Shown: positions 8,351 to 16,415, counted from the first letter of the stretch. The stretch: DNA of 64,000 nt from Verrucomicrobiales bacterium (GCA_027483345.1 JAIXUV010000208.1:1612-65611); one strand, 5' to 3'. Numbers and translations: made by a program. Notes: generated from the letters alone by a model not told the origin.

Positions 8351-9444
8351 AATGGAACACTGTAAGATTCGAAGACGGTGTCTATTCTCGCAGCTCCGGC
8401 GCAACTGGTCTGGCTCAAAGCCTTTGGGAAGAAGGCGGGCGCTATCCTGTGATTGGCCAAGGAGCCAAATTCATCGAAGGTAGAACCAACCGCGCAGATC
8501 TTTTGGTCACACCCAATCCAGCCGTCGTTCTTTTCGGTGGGCATACCCGTCGCACAAAATTCGTAGATATCCCGTTTGTACCAGGTCCAAACGTCAAGAT
8601 CCTCGAACCTAAGGGAATTCTAGACGCGAAGTTCCTGTTCTATTTTCTCGAGCAGCTTCCAATCGAGAGCCGCGGCTACGCCGATCACTTTCCTGAAGTT
8701 CGACGGAGTTCAATCCCTGTGCCGACGCTGCTCCAGCAGCGGCGGATTGCGGAGGTGTTGGACCAAGCGGAGGCGTTGCGGGCCAAGCGTCGCGCTGCCC
8801 TCGCCCAACTCGACTCCCTACCCCAATCCCTCTTCCTCGACCTCTTCGGCGACCCAATAGTTAATCCGAAGATGTGGCCACGGAAACAACTCTCCGAAAT
8901 CGGCACACTTGACCGGGGAGTATCCAAGCATCGCCCACGCAACGATCCGGAGCTCTTAAATGGGCCGTATCCCTTGGTGCAGACTGGCGAAGTCGCAAAC
9001 TGCAACGGATACATCCGCGAATACCACAGCACCTATTCCGAAATTGGCCTGCGGCAGAGCAAACTGTGGCCTTCAGGAACTCTTTGTATTACGATTGCTG
9101 CGAACATCGCAAAGACCGGAATTCTAACATTCGACGCATGCTTTCCAGACAGCATCGTGGGATTCCGTGCTGAAGATCCCGCGATGGTAGAGTTCGTGCG
9201 AGGCTGGCTTTCGTTTCTCCAAAAGTCGCTCGAAGACGCCGCTCCCGAATCGGCTCAAAAGAATATCAACTTGGCTCTGTTACGAAACCTCGCGATTCCA
9301 CTTCCCCCAATCGGATTGCAGCGCGAATTCGCCCGGCGAGTGACAGCGGTGGAGGCGCTGAAGTCGGCGCAGCGCGCGTCGCTGGCGGAGCTGGACGCGC
9401 TCTTCGCCACCCTCCAGCACCGCGCCTTCAAAGGAGAACTCTAA
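8347..9444 (+). CDS. hsdS: type I R-M specificity subunit S (two TRDs, two conserved regions)
   Basis: TRD1, then central conserved helix (QQRRIAEVLDQAEALRAKRRAALAQLDSLPQSLFLDLFGDP), then TRD2, then C-terminal conserved helix (LQREFARRVTAVEALKSAQRASLAELDALFATLQHRAF). Translationally coupled to hsdM. Confidence 0.9.
   Translation: MKWNTVRFEDGVYSRSSGATGLAQSLWEEGGRYPVIGQGAKFIEGRTNRADLLVTPNPAVVLFGGHTRRTKFVDIPFVPGPNVKILEPKGILDAKFLFYFLEQLPIESRGYADHFPEVRRSSIPVPTLLQQRRIAEVLDQAEALRAKRRAALAQLDSLPQSLFLDLFGDPIVNPKMWPRKQLSEIGTLDRGVSKHRPRNDPELLNGPYPLVQTGEVANCNGYIREYHSTYSEIGLRQSKLWPSGTLCITIAANIAKTGILTFDACFPDSIVGFRAEDPAMVEFVRGWLSFLQKSLEDAAPESAQKNINLALLRNLAIPLPPIGLQREFARRVTAVEALKSAQRASLAELDALFATLQHRAFKGEL
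9322..9427 (+). repeat. direct repeat copy A (hsdS 3' conserved region)
   Basis: About 105 nt, cgcgaattcgcccggcgagtgacagcggtggaggcgctgaag...ccagcaccgcgcc. Matches 10566-10670 with about 8 mismatches by hand alignment. Confidence 0.85.
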
Positions 9445-9452
9445 ACCAACAA

Positions 9453-10529
9453 ATGAAGCTGCGTTGTTCAAATAAGGAACATGGTTTTGAACCTCTGCTG
9501 GAGAAAATACCGGCTGCTAAGCGAGTCACCATCTTGAGCTATTCGCTCGACGAGAATCCCAAAAGCTATTTGTGGGAAACGTTACACAAACTACCAGCAG
9601 CAAGTGATTTGACGGTCATCACGAATATTCCGGGCAGGTGGGATTCCTACGGTCGAAATCAGACGTCGAAGATGAAGGATCGATTTGATGCATATTTGGA
9701 TAACCTCGCCGCGGAGAAATTTGAATGTGCGTTTGAAGTTTACTTCTCCTTCAATAACCATGCGAAAGTGCTTGTCGTCGATGACATGGCCTACGTCGGC
9801 TCAGCGAATTTCACAGAAGCGTCAGCGCAGAAATGGGAGGCAGGGGTAATCCTCTCCGATAAAAGTGAAGTTGATGAGCTTCAGGCATTCATAAATAGCA
9901 TTCGCGCTTCGTCAATTCCTATGCTCAAGGCTGCCACTTCCAAGGAGGCGCGCCCTCTTCTAAAGCTGCTGCGGTGGAGTTTTGAAATCATCCGCTCTGT
10001 TCGCGAGGAAAATGGTTTCATCCTGTCGGACGATCAACACTGGATCGACGATCCGGAACGGAGTCAAAGAGAAAGCGTCCAGATCTCAGATGGACTAAGA
10101 GCATTCTTGAGCGAGTGCCGAACCGCAGCTGAGGCGTTACTGAAAAGATGTGATGGAGACCAAGAAGTCCTTAACGTAGATATTTTGCTCGATGTAATTG
10201 GTTTCGTCCGCTACTTCGATGAGCAGGATTACAACGATTCTCTCGCGAAACCATTCGATGAATCAGCTCAATCAAGCCACCTAGTCGAAAAGCTGCTTAT
10301 CGAATGTTCCAATGACGCCAACGTGGACGATGTGATGCGCCACCCGGAATACCATGAGCAACTTGAAGCAGCCAGAAGCGCCAGCGAAAAGGAACTGGAT
10401 GGAGCTGTTGTCAAGGCCGTAGACGATCTCGTAAAATACATAGAAAAGACTATCAGTAAATTGCGGAGTTCATTTGGGCCAGAGGATGTCTCACCTGAAA
10501 TCGACAACACCGGAAGCAAGAATAGATGA
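9453..10529 (+). CDS. PLD-family (single HKD) nuclease-like protein with an uncharacterised C-terminal helical region
   Basis: HKD motif NNHAKVLVVDDMAYVGSANFTEAS (HxK-x4-D-x5-GSxN). AT-rich gene: hand counts of single 60-nt lines give about 37-50% GC. Confidence 0.8.
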   Translation: MKLRCSNKEHGFEPLLEKIPAAKRVTILSYSLDENPKSYLWETLHKLPAASDLTVITNIPGRWDSYGRNQTSKMKDRFDAYLDNLAAEKFECAFEVYFSFNNHAKVLVVDDMAYVGSANFTEASAQKWEAGVILSDKSEVDELQAFINSIRASSIPMLKAATSKEARPLLKLLRWSFEIIRSVREENGFILSDDQHWIDDPERSQRESVQISDGLRAFLSECRTAAEALLKRCDGDQEVLNVDILLDVIGFVRYFDEQDYNDSLAKPFDESAQSSHLVEKLLIECSNDANVDDVMRHPEYHEQLEAARSASEKELDGAVVKAVDDLVKYIEKTISKLRSSFGPEDVSPEIDNTGSKNR

Positions 10530-10679
10530 GCAATCTCCCCTCTTCCTCAATCCCAAGCACTTAGGCGCGAACTTGCCCGGCGAGCGACTGCGGTGGAGGT
10601 GTTGAAGTCGGCGCAGCGCGCGTCGCTGGCCGAGCTGGACGCGCTCTTCGCCAACCTCCAGCACCGCGCCCTTAATTGA
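10530..10679 (+). pseudogene. hsdS: orphan remnant of an hsdS 3' end (about 49 codons)
   Basis: Translates to ISPLPQSQALRRELARRATAVEVLKSAQRASLAELDALFANLQHRALN*, paralleling the hsdS tail IPLPPIGLQREFARRVTAVEALKSAQRASLAELDALFATLQHRAF. No TRD or start codon lies upstream. Confidence 0.75.
10566..10670 (+). repeat. direct repeat copy B (hsdS 3' conserved region)
   Basis: Partner of 9322-9427. GC-rich island between two AT-rich genes. Confidence 0.85.
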
Positions 10680-10684
10680 GAATT

Positions 10685-11836
10685 ATGAACCTGTCATCCT
10701 CATGCTTTAAGGACCAAAAACTCCAAAGGCACATTGAGAAAAATGGTAAGGTGGGGAGTTGCGATGGGACGGGAGATAATTATGTGAAGGTGGTTGCGGC
10801 AAATGCTCTCAGTTCGCTATTCAAACCGCTGCTTGATCTGTACGAGCCATTTCGCGGTTCGACTTGGGATTACTTGCATACTCTTTCGGGTAACACATTG
10901 TTTGATTGCATTCAGGACGACGATGGATGGGAGGTTTTTGCTAAAGCCATTTCTCCCGAAGTCGGGTGTCAAATCTTGGATGCAATTCGCGATGTCACCA
11001 GTCCCGACGGAAGTATTCGAAGTGATGAGGAATGGGTTAACAAAAACCAGTTTTATCAGGCGATGCAGCTCGGTTGGTGGGACGCGTTTTCCAAGCAGTT
11101 GAAGCACGCCCGCCGATTCATTCCTGATGTCGGCAATAAAAGCGTGGGTGACCCGCGCAAAGTTCTTTGTGAACACTTGAGCGAGTTCGAGTACCCGCTT
11201 TTAGTGGGCAAGACGCTTTATCGAGCGCGAATCGGGTGGGATGACAAATCGGCGGTTGGACATTCGCTTCCAATCGCCCCCGGCAAAGAAATGGGTGCCC
11301 CTCCACCGGAGAAGGCTACAGCCGGCCGGGCCAATCCTGCAGGCGTGAGCTACTTGTATGTTGCGGAGCAAGAGGCGACGGCGGTGCAAGAAGTGCGAGC
11401 GTACGTCGGCGCAAAAGTTACTGTGGCTAAACTAGAGGTCACCAAACCGTTGAGGTTGGTAAATGTTGCAAAAACAAGGCGCGTTTTCAGTCCATTCCTG
11501 CATCCCAATTTAAAAAATGTTCTGTTTGCTTACGACATCCTTGCTGTGCTCAACGAAAAGCTGTCACGACCAGTTGATCCGAACACAAGCCACCTCGATT
11601 ACCTGCCGACTCAATATCTCGCCGAGGTTGTGTTAGATTACGGCTACGACGGGATTCGATACAAAAGCGCAGTGTCCGAGGATGGAGTCAATGTCGTGGT
11701 TTTTGACCACGGAAAGACTGCTGTTTTTGAAACGAAGCTGATCGAAGTTACGGCTATGAAGCTGAAGTATCGCGACCTCTCTGGCTACTCACGAGGATCG
11801 CCGAAGTCTCGGATGAAATCGAGAAAATCACTATGA
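10685..11836 (+). CDS. RES-domain protein with a 190-aa N-terminal extension
   Basis: RES signature: R in TAGRANPAGVSYLYV, E in AEQEATAVQEVRAY, S in DGIRYKSAVSEDGVNVVVFD. The N-terminal Cys-containing domain is unassigned. AT-rich. The ORF opens at TTG 10676; ATG 10685 is preferred. Confidence 0.8.
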   Translation: MNLSSSCFKDQKLQRHIEKNGKVGSCDGTGDNYVKVVAANALSSLFKPLLDLYEPFRGSTWDYLHTLSGNTLFDCIQDDDGWEVFAKAISPEVGCQILDAIRDVTSPDGSIRSDEEWVNKNQFYQAMQLGWWDAFSKQLKHARRFIPDVGNKSVGDPRKVLCEHLSEFEYPLLVGKTLYRARIGWDDKSAVGHSLPIAPGKEMGAPPPEKATAGRANPAGVSYLYVAEQEATAVQEVRAYVGAKVTVAKLEVTKPLRLVNVAKTRRVFSPFLHPNLKNVLFAYDILAVLNEKLSRPVDPNTSHLDYLPTQYLAEVVLDYGYDGIRYKSAVSEDGVNVVVFDHGKTAVFETKLIEVTAMKLKYRDLSGYSRGSPKSRMKSRKSL

Positions 11837-12348
11837 GAAGCTATGCGCTCAAGCCAGCACTCCAAGCGCTTGAGTTCGATGGCGCGCTGCTCGCGCGGGG
11901 CTTCTGGCTCTACGTTTGGGAAATCACAGCCGGGGACGGTGGCACGGTTCACTACGTGGGCCGAACGGGAGACAGTTCCTCGTCCAACGCGCAGTCGCCT
12001 TTTGCCCGGCTCAGCCAGCACCTCGGGAAAAACCAGAACTCCAACGCGCTCAGGAGGAATCTGGAAAAAGCAAAGGTGGTTCCCGAGGAATGCCAGAAGT
12101 TCCGGCTCTTCGCCTGTGGTCCGATCTTTCCGGAGTCCAAGAGTCGAGACGAACACATGCGGTCGCGTGACAGCGTTGCAGCTCTAGAGAAGGCGCTGGC
12201 GGACGCAATGCGCGCGGCGGGCTACGACATGATGAATGAGGTGCGGTCCCGCAAGACTCCTGACCGTCAGTTGTGGCAAGTGGTCGTTGGCACCTTTGGG
12301 GCGCGGTTTCCAAAGCTCCAAAATCTGCCCTCGCCCTGCGATTCGTGA
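11833..12348 (+). CDS. GIY-YIG nuclease-like protein
   Basis: FWLYVWEITAGDGGTVHYVGRTGD resembles the UvrC-type GIY...YVG motif. It is followed by a conserved Arg (FARLSQHL) and a Glu helix (VAALEKALADAMRAAGYDMMNE). ATGA overlap with the upstream RES gene; GTGA overlap with the downstream RES gene. Confidence 0.6.
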   Translation: MRSYALKPALQALEFDGALLARGFWLYVWEITAGDGGTVHYVGRTGDSSSSNAQSPFARLSQHLGKNQNSNALRRNLEKAKVVPEECQKFRLFACGPIFPESKSRDEHMRSRDSVAALEKALADAMRAAGYDMMNEVRSRKTPDRQLWQVVVGTFGARFPKLQNLPSPCDS

Positions 12349-12941
12349 CCAAGTTCCACCCCAACCCACGGTTCCGAGAGTTCCGCGACCTCCTTGCGGC
12401 AAACACGGACCTGTTCCAGCCGTGGTCCGGCACTCTGTTCCGGTTCCAAGCGGTGGATTTTCCCGCCCCGGAGGACGTGCTGAGCGGTGCGGGCGCGAAA
12501 TGGCGTGGCGGACACTGGAACCCGCCCGGAGTGCCGACACTCTACGGCAGCACCACGGACACGGCGGCCCTAGAGGAGGGCAAGGCGAACGACCGCTATG
12601 CCGGGATCGTTACCCGTTGTCCCCGCCTGTTGGTGGCGGTGGAAGCCCGTTTGGAACGAGTTCTGGACCTCGGCGCCGCTCTGGTGCGACGTCGGCTCGG
12701 CCTGAAACTGGTGGAGTTGCTGGCAGGGGACTGGCGGAAGCTGACGGATGCGGGCCAGGAGAGCCTGACCCAAGGCATGGGCCGGGCAGTCTACGTGGCG
12801 GGCGGAAGCGGCCTCCTCGCGCGATCCGCGGCCTGCAATGGCGGGGTCAATGTCGTGGTGTTCCCCGGCAATCTCCGACCGGGAGAAAGCCTGGCGGTGG
12901 TGGAGGAGGGGAAGCTGCGCAGGCTGACCCGTGGAAAATGA
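12345..12941 (+). CDS. RES-family toxin (RES-Xre type)
   Basis: SGAGAKWRGGHWNPPGVPTLYGSTTDTAALEE and GLLARSAACNGGVNVVVF match the RES-domain layout. GTG 12345 overlaps the preceding stop. The track ORF opens at ATG 12273, which would overlap the previous gene by 76 nt. Confidence 0.75.
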   Translation: MTKFHPNPRFREFRDLLAANTDLFQPWSGTLFRFQAVDFPAPEDVLSGAGAKWRGGHWNPPGVPTLYGSTTDTAALEEGKANDRYAGIVTRCPRLLVAVEARLERVLDLGAALVRRRLGLKLVELLAGDWRKLTDAGQESLTQGMGRAVYVAGGSGLLARSAACNGGVNVVVFPGNLRPGESLAVVEEGKLRRLTRGK

Positions 12942-13386
12942 AATTGTTACCTGCAAAAGTGCAGGTTATGTTGCGAGCAGTGTTATGCGTACCGTTGCCA
13001 AGCCAAAGAACGTCGCCGGAAGCCTGACCCAATTCCGGTTCAGCCATCGTGGAGCCGGGGACTTCTCCCAGCTCATGCGGGTCTATCGGGAGAAGTTCCA
13101 TCTCGCCCAGCCGGTGGTGGTGCGGTTGACCGGTTTTTCGCCGCGTTCGGTGGCCAAATGGGCGCAGGGCGAGACGCCGTCGCAGAAGCAGGAGAAGGCC
13201 CTGGTGGAGATGGACCGGTTGCTGGACGGCTTGGCGCGGGTGATGGAAGCCCAGGAGATCGGTCGCTGGATGACCACGGCCAACCCCGCGTTCGATGGTT
13301 CGACCCCGGCGCAGGTGGTCGAGCGGGGTGAAGCCGACCGCATCTGGCGCATGCTTTATGACGTGGAGTCAGGTCAGCCGGGCTGA
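12931..13386 (+). CDS. Xre/MbcA/ParS-like antitoxin (DUF2384 C-terminal domain)
   Basis: The C-terminus IGRWMTTANPAFDGSTPAQVVERGEADRIWRMLYDVESG is typical of the DUF2384 toxin-binding domain. The N-terminal part (LTGFSPRSVAKWAQGE) is HTH-like. The start is GTG 12931 (overlapping the RES stop) or ATG 12985. Confidence 0.8.
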   Translation: MENEIVTCKSAGYVASSVMRTVAKPKNVAGSLTQFRFSHRGAGDFSQLMRVYREKFHLAQPVVVRLTGFSPRSVAKWAQGETPSQKQEKALVEMDRLLDGLARVMEAQEIGRWMTTANPAFDGSTPAQVVERGEADRIWRMLYDVESGQPG

Positions 13387-13491
13387 ACGCCTGCCGATGG
13401 CCACAGCCTCCATTTCGGTTTGCCGACGAAGCTGTTCACCCTCTTCGCAGCCCGCGAGCACGGAGCCGTCCTATAAGAACGTTGAGCCCTC

Positions 13492-14445
13492 GTGCAACGG
13501 ATTCTAAGTCATCACCTCTGGCGGGAAATCTCTGCCAGGTCGACAAAAGCCAAGCGACGCCAGGCTGCCATCGCATACGTCACCGAGGACCTTCTTCGCT
13601 TCAAGCGGGGTGACCTGTTGGTGACCGATGCCTCCAGGGCGGCAATCCGTTCGGGCGAGACCAGCGCTAAGCTCCTGGCGACTTTGTTGCGGCGGGGTGT
13701 GCGGGTGCATTCCTGCGCAGGCCTGCATGCCAAGGCCATCCTGCTCGACGAGGTGGCTGTGATCGGTTCGGGCAACATGTCGCGGGCTTCACGTTCCACC
13801 CTGATTGAAGCGGCTGTGATGACCGACGCCCCTTCGACCGTCAGCGGGGTTGCTTCGCTGATTGCCCAGCTCGCTCAACAGTCACCCGAACTGGACCGTG
13901 ACGCCGTGGCTGGTCTTTGCGCGATCAAGGTGGTTCGCCGTGGCGGGCCGAACGTCGTGGCAAAACGCAACCTTCAGCCAAAGATAAAGCCTCTTGGACA
14001 CAATGCGTGGCTGGTGGCGGTGCATGAATTCGACGAGGATTTGGTTCGAAAGGAACAGAGGTTGGTGGAAGCGACGATGGCGGAGTTGGTTCAACGGCAT
14101 GGCTGTCGGGCGGATTCCATCGGATGGATCCGATGGGACGGCGCTGGCCCCTTTCTGAAGGCGGGTAAACCCGGTGATCGCATCATTCAGGTCTACAGCC
14201 GGAAGGACGGCTCAAGGCCGGTGTCAGTCCTTAAGTCAGTTGCCGTCCTGGATCGCAAGCGCCGGGCTGGAACAACGTTTGTCTTCGTGGCGCAACCGTC
14301 TGGACGAAGGCCAGAGATGTCCTTCGCGAACTTCAATCGGTTCTTGAAAAAACTCGGTGTGGGGCGACCGCCAGGGGCAACCACGGAACGCCTGCTTGAT
14401 CCCAGCCTTGCCGATTCCATTTCAAGTGGATGGAACTCGGCCTAA
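13492..14445 (+). CDS. PLD-family (single HKD) nuclease-like protein
   Basis: HKD motif GLHAKAILLDEVAVIGSGNMS in the N-terminal 130 aa. The C-terminal 180 aa are unassigned. GTG start. Confidence 0.8.
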   Translation: MQRILSHHLWREISARSTKAKRRQAAIAYVTEDLLRFKRGDLLVTDASRAAIRSGETSAKLLATLLRRGVRVHSCAGLHAKAILLDEVAVIGSGNMSRASRSTLIEAAVMTDAPSTVSGVASLIAQLAQQSPELDRDAVAGLCAIKVVRRGGPNVVAKRNLQPKIKPLGHNAWLVAVHEFDEDLVRKEQRLVEATMAELVQRHGCRADSIGWIRWDGAGPFLKAGKPGDRIIQVYSRKDGSRPVSVLKSVAVLDRKRRAGTTFVFVAQPSGRRPEMSFANFNRFLKKLGVGRPPGATTERLLDPSLADSISSGWNSA

Positions 14446-14475
14446 TCCGCAACCTCCGGCTTCTGCCGAGTCGCA

Positions 14476-16206
14476 ATGCAACAACAGAACATCCCGATCA
14501 GCTCGCTGGTGGACATGTATAAATCCGGTGGACTGCGGCTGCCCGAGATTCAGCGGCATTACGTGTGGCGTTCGACCCGCGTGCGCGACTTGCTGGATTC
14601 TCTGTATCGGGGTTATCCCAGTGGCTCGATCCTGATGTGGGAGACGGACGAGCCGGTGCCCACACGTGACGGGGCCATCGCCCAGGACACTACGGCGTTC
14701 GCCGGCCGGAAGCTGCTGCTCGACGGCCAGCAGCGTATCACCTCGCTCACTGCCGTGCTGAACGGGGAACCGGTAAGAGTTCGAGGCAGGCAGCGCCCCA
14801 TAGACATTCTCTTCAACCTGGAGCATCGCGAAGGACCTCCCACCGAGGTGACGGACGTGGAAGGTGACCAAGACTTTCCCATGACGCCCGGCGATGAGGA
14901 GAGCGATGAGTCCGAGGAGGTCGGGGTCGGCGAGGCGGCTGTCGCAGAGCGCTTCAAGGACTCCACGTTTGTCGTGGCGAGTCGCGCCTTGCAGTCCCAA
15001 CCCCAATGGGTTTCGGTTAGTGAGGTCTTCCGGACCGCGAGTGACTCAACAATTCTCAAGAAGTCCGGCGTGGTCTCCTTCGACGATCCGCGATTCCAGA
15101 AGTATTCCGAGCGCCTGAATCGCCTCCGACAGATCGCCCGTTATCAGTACGTGGTCCACGTGCTGGAGCGTTCGATGAATTACCAGGAAGTGACCGAGAT
15201 TTTCGTCCGGGTGAACTCCCTTGGAGCCAAGCTTCGGTCGTCAGATCTGGCTCTTGCCCAGATGACCTCCCGCTGGCCAAACCTGCTCAAGGAATTGGAA
15301 GCCTTCCAAGAGGAATGCGAGCAGAGCTGGTTCACCATCGACCAGGGGCAACTGGTGCGGGCCGTTGTGGTCTTCGCCACCCACCAGTGCCTTTTCCACA
15401 CGGTGGGGAAGACCCCGATTTCAGACCTGAAGCAGGGATGGGCGGAAGCCAAGGAGGGCCTCCGATTCGCCATCAACTTCCTGCGTAGCAACGCCGGGAT
15501 CGAGGACGAAACGCTGCTATCATCGCCCATGTTCATCCATGTGTTGGCTGCGATCAGCCGCAAGAAGGACAACCGGTTGAGCCAGGCCGAGCAGAATTCG
15601 CTGCTTCACTGGCTGCTGGTGGCCAATGCGCGGGGACACTTCTCCCGCGGCTCGTCAGAGACCGTGCTGAACGAGGATCTGGCCATCGTTTTCCGCAGCG
15701 GCCAAGTGAGCGCCTTGTTGGACCCATTGAAGCGCCAGTTCGGGCGACTGCATATCGAGCCAGATGACCTCGCGAACCGGGGAGCCAACAGCCCGTTGTT
15801 CTCCCTAGCCTATCTGGCTCTGAAGGCGGGTGGGGCGAAGGACTGGTTCAGCGGGCTGGGGCTGTCGCTCACCCACCAGGGAAAGCTCCACTTCATCCAG
15901 TGGCACCACATCTTTCCCAAGTCCTTGCTCAAAGAGCGTCGATACGAAACAGGCGAGATCAACGAGATCGCCAACATGGCCTTCATCTCCGGCCAGACCA
16001 ATCGTCGAATCAGCAACAAGGAACCATCGGAATATCTCGCGGGCATCGTCGCCGATCAAGGGCAGCAGGCCCTCGACAGCCAGTTGGTTCCAACAGATCC
16101 AGCTTTGCTCCAAATGGACAAGTACCGCGAGTTCCTTCGGGTTCGCCGAGTATTGCTCGCCCAGAGGATGAACGAGTTCATCCAGGAGAATTCCGGAATG
16201 GCATGA
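14476..16206 (+). CDS. GmrSD/BrxU-like type IV restriction enzyme (DUF262 + DUF1524)
   Basis: N-terminal DUF262 motifs (LPEIQRHYVW, DGQQRITSL). C-terminal His-Me finger (IQWHHIFPKSLL ... NMAFISGQTNRRISNK). Confidence 0.9.
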   Translation: MQQQNIPISSLVDMYKSGGLRLPEIQRHYVWRSTRVRDLLDSLYRGYPSGSILMWETDEPVPTRDGAIAQDTTAFAGRKLLLDGQQRITSLTAVLNGEPVRVRGRQRPIDILFNLEHREGPPTEVTDVEGDQDFPMTPGDEESDESEEVGVGEAAVAERFKDSTFVVASRALQSQPQWVSVSEVFRTASDSTILKKSGVVSFDDPRFQKYSERLNRLRQIARYQYVVHVLERSMNYQEVTEIFVRVNSLGAKLRSSDLALAQMTSRWPNLLKELEAFQEECEQSWFTIDQGQLVRAVVVFATHQCLFHTVGKTPISDLKQGWAEAKEGLRFAINFLRSNAGIEDETLLSSPMFIHVLAAISRKKDNRLSQAEQNSLLHWLLVANARGHFSRGSSETVLNEDLAIVFRSGQVSALLDPLKRQFGRLHIEPDDLANRGANSPLFSLAYLALKAGGAKDWFSGLGLSLTHQGKLHFIQWHHIFPKSLLKERRYETGEINEIANMAFISGQTNRRISNKEPSEYLAGIVADQGQQALDSQLVPTDPALLQMDKYREFLRVRRVLLAQRMNEFIQENSGMA

Positions 16207-16415
16207 AGCGGATGAGTCCACCGACTCTCAACTCTTGACCGGGAATCCGCGAGGGGACACTGCGTGATCTTCCCGCCATCCTTGCCGGCTGAGGAAAGAA
16301 GACGTCGCTGGATCAGGCTTCAAAACGATTACTCGACCGGCAAAATCATTATTTTGAGGGGGCATTCGATCAATTCTGTTACAAGCCCGTCCGGCCGTTT
16401 CGCCGGCCCAGACTC

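Noticed and set aside
12273-12344. ATG 12273 as the start of the short RES gene (as in the ORF track).
   Set aside because: It would overlap the GIY-YIG ORF by 76 nt and add a non-conserved, Trp/Gly/Ala-rich leader. GTG 12345 gives a 4-nt start-stop overlap and an N-terminus of normal RES-toxin length. This remains unverified.
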